Shown one piece after another: positions 17,660 through 30,172 of a stretch of DNA of 64,000 nucleotides (position 1 is its first letter; each line of letters starts with the position of its first letter). Source of the stretch: an uncultured Chloroflexota bacterium (GTDB lineage Bacteria > Chloroflexota > Limnocylindria > Limnocylindrales > CSP1-4); contig CAIJPD010000055.1 in assembly GCA_903822495.1 (NCBI GenBank), positions 34,903-98,902 on the forward strand, read 5' to 3'. The notes below the pieces were generated by a model. That model was not told the DNA's origin and made no database searches. It worked only from the letters and a program-made list of their open reading frames with translations. The translations under genes and the position numbers were made by a program.

Positions 17660-18963
17660 CCGGAGACCTCGGCACCGACCCCCGCTGGCCACGCGACAAC
17701 GAGGGTGTCGAGGACCAGCTCGGGGGCCACGTTGCCCTCCAGGAGCTCGGCGGCACGCGACAGGCGTGCCAGGAAGGCGGCCGGGCCGCCCGCACCGCTC
17801 GCGTGGTGGCGCTGGCCGGGCGCCGTCCCTTCACGCGTGACGGCTGCCTCCAGGTCGTCGAGCAGCCCCGGGTCACGGACCAGCCGCCGCTCCCCCAGCG
17901 CGACCAGGGCCATGTCGCGCGCCAGGTCCTGCCAGATCCGGACCAGCATCAGGGCGCCCCGCCGGCGCTCCGGTGCGGCCAGCTTGGTGCCACCCGCCTC
18001 GCCATCCGCGCGCGCAGCCTCGGGGGCGCCCTCGTCCGACCCATCGGTCCCACCGGCGCCGGTGTCCGGCCCCGCGCCGGCGTCGACCGCGGAGCCCTTG
18101 GGGCCTGCCTTCGAGCCCCGCCCCGTCCGGCCCTTGGCGGCCTTGGGCCCGCCCGCGCCGCCCGTCCCGCCGAGCGACGCGGCCGCGTCCAGGGTCTTCG
18201 CGAGGTCCATGGCGCGGGCCTGCAGCTCGCGGATTGCGACCAGGCCCGCCGCGGTTCCCTCGCCTCGCAGGTCGAGGAGCCGTCGGCACAGCTCGCCGCG
18301 GATGGCCTCGGCCTGTGGCGCCCGGGCATAGGCGATGGCGATCCCGGGCCGCCCCGCGGCGATCCGGGCGAGGCGGCCGGCCAGCGGCGGCTCGGCCAGG
18401 CCCAGCTCGCCCAGGAGGTCCTCGATCTCGCGGACCCCGACGGGGCCCAGCCGGATCCGGGCACAGCGCGACCGGACGGTGGGCAGCAGCCGCTCCTCCT
18501 CCTCGGCGCACAGGATGAGGACGACACCGGCCCCGGGCTCCTCGAGCGTCTTGAGCAGCGCCGACTGCGCTTCCTCGTTCAGCCGCTGCGCCTCCTCGAT
18601 GACGGCAACCCTGGCGCCGCCCTCGACGGGCATGAGGACCAGCTCGGCGATCAGGTCGCGGACGCCGCGCGACCGCTCCGTCCCGCCGATCCCGATCTGG
18701 GCCCCGGCACCCGAAGGCGCGAGGCGATGGAGATCCGGGTGGTTGCCCGCGTCCTGCATGCGGCACGCGCGACAGGCGCGACACGGCCGCGCGGCGACAT
18801 CCGGATGCTCGCACAGGAGCGCGGCCGCCAGGTCCAGTGCGAGCGTGGTCTTGCCCACGCTCGCCGGGCCCGTGAGGAGGATGGCGTGGGGCACGCCCGA
18901 GCGGAGCATGGCCCGGACCGCCCCGAGGGCGGCGGGTTGCCCGCGCGTGCGCGCCCCGTCCAT
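17656..18963 (-). CDS. holB: DNA polymerase III subunit delta-prime
   Basis: Motifs HAILLTGPASVGKTTLALDLAAALLCE, CRACRACR, NHPDLHRL, EEAQSALLKTLEEP, LPTVRSRC. The C-terminal part is Ala/Gly-rich and low complexity. Confidence 0.85.
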   Translation of the reverse strand: MDGARTRGQPAALGAVRAMLRSGVPHAILLTGPASVGKTTLALDLAAALLCEHPDVAARPCRACRACRMQDAGNHPDLHRLAPSGAGAQIGIGGTERSRGVRDLIAELVLMPVEGGARVAVIEEAQRLNEEAQSALLKTLEEPGAGVVLILCAEEEERLLPTVRSRCARIRLGPVGVREIEDLLGELGLAEPPLAGRLARIAAGRPGIAIAYARAPQAEAIRGELCRRLLDLRGEGTAAGLVAIRELQARAMDLAKTLDAAASLGGTGGAGGPKAAKGRTGRGSKAGPKGSAVDAGAGPDTGAGGTDGSDEGAPEAARADGEAGGTKLAAPERRRGALMLVRIWQDLARDMALVALGERRLVRDPGLLDDLEAAVTREGTAPGQRHHASGAGGPAAFLARLSRAAELLEGNVAPELVLDTLVVAWPAGVGAEVSG

Positions 18964-18989
18964 GGTCGAAACCGGCGCGCTGCCGGCGG

Positions 18990-21299
<2,310 letters not shown>

Positions 21300-21815
21300 A
21301 ATGACTCCTAAGTAGTGGTGAGCCCGCCGGCGCGTCCACGCTGCTCGGCGGGTTTCGTCAGATGACCCGAGGTGCGGCCCCCGGACCGCATGGGCCGCTT
21401 GCTATCGGGCCCCGGATCGTGTGCTGAGGGCCTGGCCGGCGCCGCTGCGGACGGGCCCCGACGGAGCGGTCACGGGGCGCGGGTGGGCGTCGTCGCGCTG
21501 GGCGATGCTGCCGTCCGAGTCCGTGATGCGGGCCGCTGGGACCTGGTGTTCCACGCGCCGGGTCGTACCTCGATGAGGTGGCCAAACCTGTGCAATCGCC
21601 AGCGCCTGAACGCTGTCCTGATGCTGGCGACAAGGGCCGCGGGACCGCACGGGAGGCGAGCGCGGTGCGCTCTGGGGCCTAGCCGGGTCGCGCGGACCGT
21701 CTTGCAATCGGTTCGCCGGCCCATATCATACGGCAAAGCGTTCTCGCAGCCAGACGTACGGCGCGGTCATCACCGCGTCGCCCGCTGCGGCGCTATTCGA
21801 TTTCGGAGGAGATCC

Positions 21816-23036
21816 ATGCAGCTCAGGAAACTCGGCGTGCTCGCGGCCACCGCCGCGCTGGTGCTTGGGGCCTGCTCAGGCGCCGCGACCGCGACGGACC
21901 CGCTCGGCGTCATCAAGGTCGGCGCGAACGACCCCATCCACGTCGCCTTCTGGGGCGTCATCTCGGGCGCTGATGCGTCCCTCGGGACGGACTCCCTGTA
22001 CGGCGTCCAGATTGCGGCGGACGACAAGGGCGGCAAGCTCCTCGGCCACGCCATCCAGGTCACCACCGAGGACGGCCTGTGCACGCCCGAGGGTGGCGCC
22101 ACGGCGGCCCAGAAGCTCGCGGCTGACAAGACCATCGTTGGCCTCGTCGGCTCGTCCTGCTCCGATGAGACGGTCGGCGGCATCAAGGCCCTCACCGATG
22201 CGGGCCTCACCACCATCTCGCCGTCCAACACCCGCCCGGCCCTGACCCTGGCCAGCCGTGGCCCCGAGTACGCCGGCTACGCGCGCACCGCCCACAGCGA
22301 TGCCTTCCAGGGCAAGGCCGTGGCCGAGTTCGTCTTCAACGTCCTCAAGCTGACCAAGGCCGCCACCATCCACGATGGCAGCGCCTACGCCGAGGCGCTC
22401 CAGGGCGTCTTCGCCGACGAGTTCAAGAAGCTCGGCGGCTCAATCGTGGCGCAGGAGGCCGTCTCCAAGGGCCAGACCGACATGAAGCCGGTCCTGACCA
22501 AGGTCGCCGCCGCCGCTCCGCAGGTCATCTACGACCCGGTCTTCGTCGCCGAGGGCGGCTACCTCTGGGCCCAGTCCAAGCAGGTCGCCGGTCTCGAGAA
22601 GACCGTGATGATCGGCTCCGACGGCATGTTCACGCCTGACTTCGTCAAGGCCGCGGGCAAGGCTGCCGAGGGCAACTACCTGTCCAGCCCCAACTTCTCG
22701 GCCTTCCAGGCCGGCTACGCCGACTTCCTGACCAAGTACAAGGCCAAGGTCGGCAAGGACCCCATCTCCGCGTTCCACGCCCACGCGTATGACGCGGCCA
22801 ACATCCTGTTCAACGCGATCGAGAAGGTCGCGGTCAAGAACAGCGACAACTCGCTGTCGATCGGCCGCAAGGCCCTCCGCGACGCGATCTTCGCCACCAA
22901 GGACTTCAAGGGCATTACGGGTGTCCTGTCCTGCAGCGCCTCCGGCGACTGCGGCGCTCCGCTCATCGCGGTCTACCAGATCACGTCGCGCGAGACGGGC
23001 GGCACCTGGCCGCCGGCCAAGCCGACCTGGCCCTAG
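21816..23036 (+). CDS. branched-chain amino acid ABC transporter substrate-binding lipoprotein (LivK/LivJ type)
   Basis: ORF 21372-23036 trimmed to the ATG at 21816, preceded by GGAGGAG. MQLRKLGVLAATAALVLGACSG gives a signal peptide and lipobox, followed by a type-I periplasmic binding fold pattern (IVGLVGSSCSDET..). Confidence 0.85.
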   Translation: MQLRKLGVLAATAALVLGACSGAATATDPLGVIKVGANDPIHVAFWGVISGADASLGTDSLYGVQIAADDKGGKLLGHAIQVTTEDGLCTPEGGATAAQKLAADKTIVGLVGSSCSDETVGGIKALTDAGLTTISPSNTRPALTLASRGPEYAGYARTAHSDAFQGKAVAEFVFNVLKLTKAATIHDGSAYAEALQGVFADEFKKLGGSIVAQEAVSKGQTDMKPVLTKVAAAAPQVIYDPVFVAEGGYLWAQSKQVAGLEKTVMIGSDGMFTPDFVKAAGKAAEGNYLSSPNFSAFQAGYADFLTKYKAKVGKDPISAFHAHAYDAANILFNAIEKVAVKNSDNSLSIGRKALRDAIFATKDFKGITGVLSCSASGDCGAPLIAVYQITSRETGGTWPPAKPTWP

Positions 23037-23083
23037 TCTCCCCGGCTGCGCCTCGGCGCAGCTCCGGACCGGAGTGACACAAC

Positions 23084-23117
23084 GAGTGAGCCGGGCGGGA
23101 AACTGCCCGGCTCACTC
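23084..23117 (+). terminator. intercistronic stem-loop between the SBP and permease genes (attenuator-like)
   Basis: 13-bp perfect stem GAGTGAGCCGGGC / GCCCGGCTCACTC with an 8-nt loop. A second hairpin GCTGCGCC-TC-GGCGCAGC lies at 23045-23062. There is no clear U-tract. Confidence 0.4.
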
Positions 23118-23156
23118 ATCTCTCAGGCAGCACGGCAAGCAGGGGGCGAGCGCTTC

Positions 23157-24229
<1,073 letters not shown>

Positions 24230-24233
<4 letters not shown>

Positions 24234-25978
24234 CGGTGACGAGCGCGGGCATGCCGGCCACGGGCGCGGCTCCCTCGGCAAACGGGGCCGCCCCGGCGAT
24301 GCCCGTCAGCTTCCAGCGGCGGGTCATCCGGACCGGCCTGCTCGGCGCGGTGATCGCCCTCTACCTGTGCATGGTCGGGATCGTCCCGATCTTCAACGCC
24401 CGGCCCCTGGTCCAGGGGGTCATCTCCCTCGGCCAGGCGGCCCTCATCCTCAGCCTCTTCGCCACCGGCTTCGTCGCCACCCGCCGGGTGGCGGAGTCCT
24501 CCGGCCGCCTGATCGCGGACGGGGCCATTGCCGGCGGCCTGAGCGGGGTCGCCCTGTCAGCCCTGGTGCTCCTGGGATCCGTGGTCGACGTTCGCGCCTT
24601 CCTGCCCAACGCCTCGCCCGTCCTGTACGGGATCCTGACCTTCAACCTGGGAACGATCGGCTTCTGGATCCCGATGGCCGCGGGCGCCGTCCTCGGTGGC
24701 CTCGCCGGCGCGATCGGCCTGGCGTCACCGCGCATGCGGCGTTCGCTGTTCGTCGGGCTCATCTCGCTGTTCGCGCTGGGCCTGTTCGCCGGCCTGATCA
24801 GGACGCCGATGCTCCAGCTGCCGGTCGCGGAGCTGGCCCGGCTGCTGTTCGCCTCGGATGGGCTGACCCTGATCGGGGCCGTGGTGGTGCTGGTGGCCTC
24901 CGTGGGCCTCCACCACGTCCAGCGCACCCGCCGCCTCGACCTCCAGTTCGCTGCGCTCCCGCCCTCCCGGCGCCGCCGCATCCAGGTCCCGCTGATCGCC
25001 CTGGCCGCCGTGATGATCCTCGTCCTGCCCCAGGGCCTTGGATCGTTCTTCGCCCAGGTCATCGCGATCGTGGCGCTGTACGTGATGATGGGCCTGGGCC
25101 TGAACATCACCCTGGGCCTCGCCGGGCTCCTGGACCTGGGCTTCGTCGCGTTCTTCGCGGTGGGCGCCTACACGGTGGGCCTGCTGACCTCCACCGCCGA
25201 GTTCGGCATCGCGCAGTGGCCGTTCTGGGCCGCCGTCCCGGTCGCCGTGATCGTTGCCATGGTCTTCGGTGCCTTCCTTGGCCTCCCCATCCTGAGCATC
25301 CGGGGCGACTACCTGGCGATCGCCACGATGGGCTTCGGCGAGATCATCCGGATCCTGGCCGGCTCGGACCTGCTGAAGCCGATCCTGGGCGGCCCGCGCG
25401 GCATCATCAACATCCCCAAGCCCATCGAGGTCCCCCCGGACAGCTTCCTGGCCGGCCCCAACCAGATCTACTACATCGCCTTGATCGGGGCCGCCTTGAT
25501 CGCCTTCGTGGCCTGGCGCCTGCGTGGGTCCCGCCTGGGCCGCGCGTGGATCGCGATCCGCGAAGACGAGGACGTCGCCGAGGCGATCGGCATCAACCTG
25601 ATCCAGACCAAGATCCTGGCCTACATGCTGGGTGCGGCATTCGCGGGCCTGGGTGGCGCGGTCTTCGCGGCGCTGGTGGGCTCCATCTTCGCCAGCAGCA
25701 TCCAGCTGATGGTGTCGATCAATGTCGCCTCGCTGATCATCGTCGGCGGGATGGGCAGCATCCCGGGCGTGATCGTGGGCGCCATCTTCCTGATCGGCCT
25801 GCCGGAGCTCTTCCGCGAGTTCTCGGAGTACCGCTTCCTCTTCTACGGCATCGCGTTGATCGCGATGATGCAGCTCCGGCCGGAAGGCCTGCTCCCCTCC
25901 AAGATCGTTCGGCGGGAGTTCCAGCACGGCGGGGGGGACGAGCCGCCCGAGTCCTCCGCCAGCCCGCTGGCGCTCTGA
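24230..25978 (+). CDS. livM: branched-chain amino acid ABC transporter permease with long N-terminal membrane extension
   Basis: 582 aa. The C-terminal ~330 aa is a LivM-type core (MGLGLNITLGLAGLLDLGFVAFFAVGAYT...). The N-terminal ~250 aa adds further TM segments. Confidence 0.85.
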
Positions 25979-25995
25979 GACGAAAGGCTGATGCG

Positions 25996-26850
25996 ATGCC
26001 GCTCCTGACAGCGACCGCGGTCACCAAGAAGTTCGGTGGGCTGACGGCCGTCAACAACCTCGACTTCGAGATCGAGCAGGGCTCGATCGCCAGCCTGATC
26101 GGCCCCAACGGGGCCGGGAAGACGACGTTCTTCAACTGCATCGCCGGCTTCTACCAGATCGAGGCCGGTCAGATCGTGTTCGACGGCCAGCCCATCCAGC
26201 GGCTGCGCCGGGACCAGATCGCCCATCTGGGGATCTCGCGGACGTACCAGAACATCCGCCTGTTCGCCAACATGACGGCGATGGAGAACATCCTCGTCGG
26301 GCAGCATTACCACCTGCGCTCATCGTGGATCGGCGCCGTCCTCGGGACGAAGGGGGTGCGGGAGGACGAGGGGCGCGCGCACCGCGAGGCGCGTCGCCTG
26401 CTCCGCTTCGTCGGCCTCCAGAACAAGGGCGATCTGCTCGCCAGCAACCTCCCGTACGGCGACCAGCGCCGGCTCGAGGTGGCCCGGGCCCTGGCCAACA
26501 AGCCGCGCCTCCTGCTGCTCGACGAGCCCACGGCCGGCATGAACCCGGCCGAGTCCCAGCAGATGACCGAGTTCATCCGCCACCTGCGTGACGAGCTGGG
26601 CACCACCATCCTGCTGATCGAGCACGAGATGCGCGTCGTGATGGGCATCTCGGAGAAGATCACGGTGCTCCACTACGGCCAGAAGATCGCCGAGGGGACG
26701 CCCATCCAGATCCAGACAGACCCGCTCGTGATCGAGGCCTACCTGGGCCGCGGGAGTGCCGGCACGGCCGGCCACGAGGCGACGGCCATTCCGGCCGTCG
26801 AGGCCACCCAGGGCGGGGCGTCTGCCGGCCCCACGCCCGCGAGCGCGTGA
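25996..26850 (+). CDS. livG: branched-chain amino acid ABC transporter ATP-binding protein
   Basis: ATG at 25996, in frame within track ORF 24205-26850. Walker A GPNGAGKTT, signature LPYGDQRRLEVARAL, Walker B LLLLDEP. Confidence 0.9.
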   Translation: MPLLTATAVTKKFGGLTAVNNLDFEIEQGSIASLIGPNGAGKTTFFNCIAGFYQIEAGQIVFDGQPIQRLRRDQIAHLGISRTYQNIRLFANMTAMENILVGQHYHLRSSWIGAVLGTKGVREDEGRAHREARRLLRFVGLQNKGDLLASNLPYGDQRRLEVARALANKPRLLLLDEPTAGMNPAESQQMTEFIRHLRDELGTTILLIEHEMRVVMGISEKITVLHYGQKIAEGTPIQIQTDPLVIEAYLGRGSAGTAGHEATAIPAVEATQGGASAGPTPASA

Positions 26851-26863
26851 GGACGATCGCCCC

Positions 26864-27586
26864 ATGAACCCCACGCCGATCCTCGAAGTGGCCGACATCC
26901 ACGTCTACTACGGCAACATCCACGCGCTCAAGGGCGTGTCGCTGACCATCAACAAGGGCGAGATCGTCACCCTCATCGGCGCCAACGGCGCGGGCAAGAC
27001 CACCACCCTCAACGCCATCAGCGGCCTGGTCCCGACGCGTGAGGGCCAGGTCCGGTTGCGCGGCGAGGCGCTCTCGGGCGTGGCGTCCCACCTGATCGTG
27101 GGGCGCGGCATCGTCCAGGTGCCGGAGGGACGCCGGATGTTCGCCCGCCTCACGGTGGAGGAGAACCTCCGGATGGGCGGCTACACGCTCACCAGGGCGG
27201 CGGATGTCCAGGCCGGGATTGACCGCGCCTTCGAGATGTTCCCGCGCCTCAAGGAGCGCCGCACCCAGGTGGCCGGCACGCTCAGCGGCGGCGAGCAGCA
27301 GATGCTGGCGATCGGCCGGGCGCTGATGGCCGGACCCGAGGTGCTCCTCCTCGACGAGCCGTCGATGGGGCTCGCCCCGGTGCTCGTCGACTTCGTGTTC
27401 GACACCATCAGCCGGCTCCACGCCGAGGGGACCACGATCCTCCTGGTCGAGCAGAACGCGCGCATGGCGCTCCAGATCGCCGATCGCGGCTACGTCATCG
27501 AGACCGGGATGATCGTGCTCAGCGACCTGGCGGCCAATCTGCGCGAGAACGACACGGTCCGCAAGGCGTACCTGGGCATCGTCTAG
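26864..27586 (+). CDS. livF: branched-chain amino acid ABC transporter ATP-binding protein
   Basis: ATG at 26864. Walker A GANGAGKTT, signature LSGGEQQMLAIGRAL, Walker B LLLDEPS. Confidence 0.9.
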   Translation: MNPTPILEVADIHVYYGNIHALKGVSLTINKGEIVTLIGANGAGKTTTLNAISGLVPTREGQVRLRGEALSGVASHLIVGRGIVQVPEGRRMFARLTVEENLRMGGYTLTRAADVQAGIDRAFEMFPRLKERRTQVAGTLSGGEQQMLAIGRALMAGPEVLLLDEPSMGLAPVLVDFVFDTISRLHAEGTTILLVEQNARMALQIADRGYVIETGMIVLSDLAANLRENDTVRKAYLGIV

Positions 27587-27667
27587 GCGTCTGGCCGACG
27601 CCCCGGCGTCACCCCGATTCCGGGGCCAGGGGGATCTGGGAATCAGGCGGCGCGGGACCCGCGCGCG

Positions 27668-28108
27668 TCAGTCGCGGCGCTCGCGCGCCATCTCGAAGAC
27701 GGCCTCCGAGAGGATGATCATCCCGATGACGACGACGGGCAGGCCCGCGCCGCGGGAGATCACCTCTTCCGGAGTCCGGAACACGAAGGCGCCCTGCATC
27801 GCCAGGTCGACGGTCCGCCCGATCAGCCCCAGCCAGGCGATGACCGCCAGCAGCAGGTAGCTGACCCAGCCCTCGAACCTGACGGGCCGGTCGCCCGAGG
27901 CGTACGGCAGGGTCACCAGGGCCAGCGTCGCCATCGCGACGATGAACACCAGGATGCCGCTCCCCTCGAACGCGTTCCCGGAGGTGACCGGCAGCCCGTT
28001 GGGGCCACCGCTGGTCCACCAGGGCAGGATGCAGCCGACGACCAGCACGATGGCAGCGATGATGGCCAGCACCCTGGCCCGGCCGAGCGGCCGTCGATAC
28101 ATCGTCAT
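27668..28108 (-). CDS. hypothetical membrane protein (about 4 TM)
   Basis: 146-aa hydrophobic ORF. The ATG at 28108 overlaps the hpt stop (ATGA). Confidence 0.6.
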   Translation of the reverse strand: MTMYRRPLGRARVLAIIAAIVLVVGCILPWWTSGGPNGLPVTSGNAFEGSGILVFIVAMATLALVTLPYASGDRPVRFEGWVSYLLLAVIAWLGLIGRTVDLAMQGAFVFRTPEEVISRGAGLPVVVIGMIILSEAVFEMARERRD

Positions 28109-28668
28109 TCGGGGACCGCGTAGACCTCCGGCTTGAGCACGCCGACATAGCGAAGGTTCCGGTAGAGCTCGTTGTAGTCGAGCCCGTAGCCGACGACGAA
28201 CTGGTCCGGGATTGTGAAGCCCGTGTAGTTGACGTTGATGTCGACGAGCCGGCGGGCCGGCTTGTCCAGCAGCGTGCAGATGCCCAGGCTGGCCGGGTTC
28301 TTGCCCCGCAGGTAGCGGACCAGGTAGTTGAGCGTCAGGCCGGTGTCGATGATGTCCTCGACGATCAGGACGTCCTCACCCTCGATGGACGCCGAGAGGT
28401 CCTTGAGGATGCGCACGAGGCCGGACGATTCGGTGGCGGCGCCGCCGTACGACGAGACCTCCATCAGGTCGATCCGGACGGGGATGGAGATGGCGCGCAT
28501 CAGATCGGCCATGAACGGGAGCGAGCCCTTGAGGACGCTCACCAGCGTCAGGCGCCGGCCGGCGAAGTCCTCGCTGATCCTGGCTCCCAGCTCGGCGACG
28601 CGAGCGGCGATCCGCTCCTCCGAGACCAGGGTGTCACCGATGTCGGCATGCAGATCCCGGGCGGTCAT
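28105..28668 (-). CDS. hpt: hypoxanthine phosphoribosyltransferase
   Basis: 187 aa with PRPP-binding motif VLIVEDIIDTGLTL and FVVGYGLDYNELYRNL. Confidence 0.9.
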   Translation of the reverse strand: MTARDLHADIGDTLVSEERIAARVAELGARISEDFAGRRLTLVSVLKGSLPFMADLMRAISIPVRIDLMEVSSYGGAATESSGLVRILKDLSASIEGEDVLIVEDIIDTGLTLNYLVRYLRGKNPASLGICTLLDKPARRLVDINVNYTGFTIPDQFVVGYGLDYNELYRNLRYVGVLKPEVYAVPE

Positions 28669-29138
28669 GAACTGGCAGCTCCCTCGGTGGCCTGGCTGGA
28701 CAGATGGTGACCGGCCCCGGCGGGACCCACCTGGCCGAGCGTACCGGACAGGGATTGGGCCAGGGCAAGCTTCCCGTACTTGAGCATGAGCGCCCGGAAG
28801 TCCCGGGCGTAGAAGAGCTTGATCCGGATGGCCGGATAGAGCTCCCGCAGCCGGCGCAGCTTGCGGTTCTTCTTGCGGACCAGCTTCTGGCGAAGCGTGG
28901 TGAGCTCAAGATAGAGGTCCAGCTCGGGGAGGAAGAAGTCCGGCGCGAAGCTCTCGACGACGGCCCCATCCAGGTTCCACAGGATTGGGAAGGTGTGCGG
29001 CTCGTAGTCCCAGCGGACGGCATAGAAGTCGAGGATCCGCGCCATCTCCGCCTCGCTCTCGTGGGCGAACAGGGGGCCGCCGACCGGGCGCGGCGGCGGG
29101 CCGGCCGTGACTGGGGGCAGGGCGACGGTGACGGTCAC
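28665..29138 (-). CDS. hypothetical protein, possible TnsA-N/PD-(D/E)XK-like fold
   Basis: 157 aa. The pattern HESEAEMARILDFYAVRWDYEP...FAPDFFLPELDLYLELTT resembles restriction-endonuclease-like cores. Both ends have 4-nt overlaps with neighbouring genes. The nuclease call is weak. Confidence 0.5.
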   Translation of the reverse strand: MTVTVALPPVTAGPPPRPVGGPLFAHESEAEMARILDFYAVRWDYEPHTFPILWNLDGAVVESFAPDFFLPELDLYLELTTLRQKLVRKKNRKLRRLRELYPAIRIKLFYARDFRALMLKYGKLALAQSLSGTLGQVGPAGAGHHLSSQATEGAASS

Positions 29139-29443
29139 GACCGCGCTCCCAGCAGCCCGCGGAGGTCGCCGGCCCAGCCGGCCAGGTGACGATGCATGTC
29201 CAGCACGTCATCCGTGCTGATCGGCGGCGCATCGGCAAGGCGCAGGACATCGGGAAGGAGGCGATCGCCGTCCGCGAACACGAAGCCCAGCGTCAGGCTG
29301 GCGCACTGCGGACAGCGGTGCTCCACGAAGAGGAGGTCGTCACGGCGGGCCAGGAGCCGGGTCAGCCCGGGTGCGGCAGGCTCCCGGCACACGCTGCAGG
29401 CCAGGTCGTCCGCTCGGGTCCGGGGACGATCACGGGAGTCCAT
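29135..29443 (-). CDS. hypothetical protein with CxxC...CxxC zinc-ribbon-like motif
   Basis: ORF trimmed to the ATG at 29443 (MDSRDRPRTRADDLACSVCRE...HRCPQCAS...), giving 102 aa. It is the first gene of the hpt operon. Confidence 0.45.
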   Translation of the reverse strand: MDSRDRPRTRADDLACSVCREPAAPGLTRLLARRDDLLFVEHRCPQCASLTLGFVFADGDRLLPDVLRLADAPPISTDDVLDMHRHLAGWAGDLRGLLGARS

Positions 29444-29492
29444 CCGCGCCAGTCTAGCGGACGTGGGCGCGGCGCGGCATGAGGAGAGCCAC

Positions 29493-29522
29493 TTGAATCT
29501 GGATACCCCGGGGGGGTATGAT
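29493..29522 (+). promoter_or_regulatory. sigma-70-type promoter of csoR, probably leaderless
   Basis: TTGAAT (29493-29498), 18-nt spacer, TATGAT (29517-29522). The ATG at 29529 lies only 6 nt after the -10 element and has no SD. Confidence 0.55.
29503..29519. promoter_or_regulatory. CsoR-type operator (perfect palindrome)
   Basis: ATACCCC-GGG-GGGGTAT: 7-nt perfect inverted arms lying between the -35 and -10 elements. This is the same type of GC-cored ATACCC...GGGTAT pseudo-palindrome bound by CsoR-family repressors. Confidence 0.7.
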
Positions 29523-29528
29523 CGAGCC

Positions 29529-29948
29529 ATGAATGCCGAGAGCGCCCCCAAGCATCAGGTGGCAGCCGGTTCGGCCGGAGCCCCCGACGTCGCGGCGGAT
29601 GCCCCGGCCGACCTCGCGCGCGAGGGCGCTCACGACCACTTTCGCCATAGCTACACGCGCGATCGGACCCAGCTGGTGCGGCGCCTGTCGCGCATCGAGG
29701 GCCAGGTCCGCGGCATCGCCCGGATGATCGAGCGCGAGGAGTACTGCGTCGACATCCTCCAGCAGACGGCCGCCCTCAGGGCAGCCGTGGATGCGCTCTC
29801 CATCCTGATCCTCGAAGACCACGTCCAGGGCTGCATCCGGACTGCCGCGGAGCGCGGCGAGGCGGACCGCTACGTGGACGAGGTGATCGACGTGGTCCGC
29901 CGCGCGCTGGGCCGGCCGGTTCGGGCAAGCGGCAAGAACCCCGGCTGA
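29529..29948 (+). CDS. csoR: CsoR/RcnR-family metal-sensing transcriptional repressor
   Basis: ATG at 29529, in frame within ORF 29196-29948. Core LVRRLSRIEGQVRGIARMIEREEYCVDILQQ...LEDHVQGC shows the C-H-C ligand pattern. Confidence 0.85.
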   Translation: MNAESAPKHQVAAGSAGAPDVAADAPADLAREGAHDHFRHSYTRDRTQLVRRLSRIEGQVRGIARMIEREEYCVDILQQTAALRAAVDALSILILEDHVQGCIRTAAERGEADRYVDEVIDVVRRALGRPVRASGKNPG

Positions 29949-30011
29949 CTGGGCCCCGGGTCCGCGGCGTCGCAAGACGCCTGGGGGCCCTGTCGCCGCC
30001 CTGTCGACCCG

Positions 30012-30056
30012 GTTATCCACCGCGATCCTCCTGCGCCGGGCCGTTTCGTGGATAAC
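30012..30056. repeat. 9-bp perfect inverted repeat matching DnaA-box-like TTATCCAC
   Basis: GTTATCCAC (30012-30020) and GTGGATAAC (30048-30056), separated by 27 nt, between csoR and rsmG. Confidence 0.6.
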
Positions 30057-30172
30057 TCCCGTTGACTCCGCGGCGGCCGGACCGTAGCGTCCACAGTCCG
30101 CAGCGCAGCGGCCCGATGGGTACCATGGCTCGCGAGGGGTCCGGGGAGACCCGACCGCGAACTGACCGAGCG

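Noticed and set aside
29949-30172. Chromosomal origin (oriC) next to rsmG
   Set aside because: Only two DnaA-box-like 9-mers are present. There is no AT-rich DUE, no cluster of boxes, and no dnaA/dnaN/parAB in the window. It is kept only as a low-interest regulatory observation.
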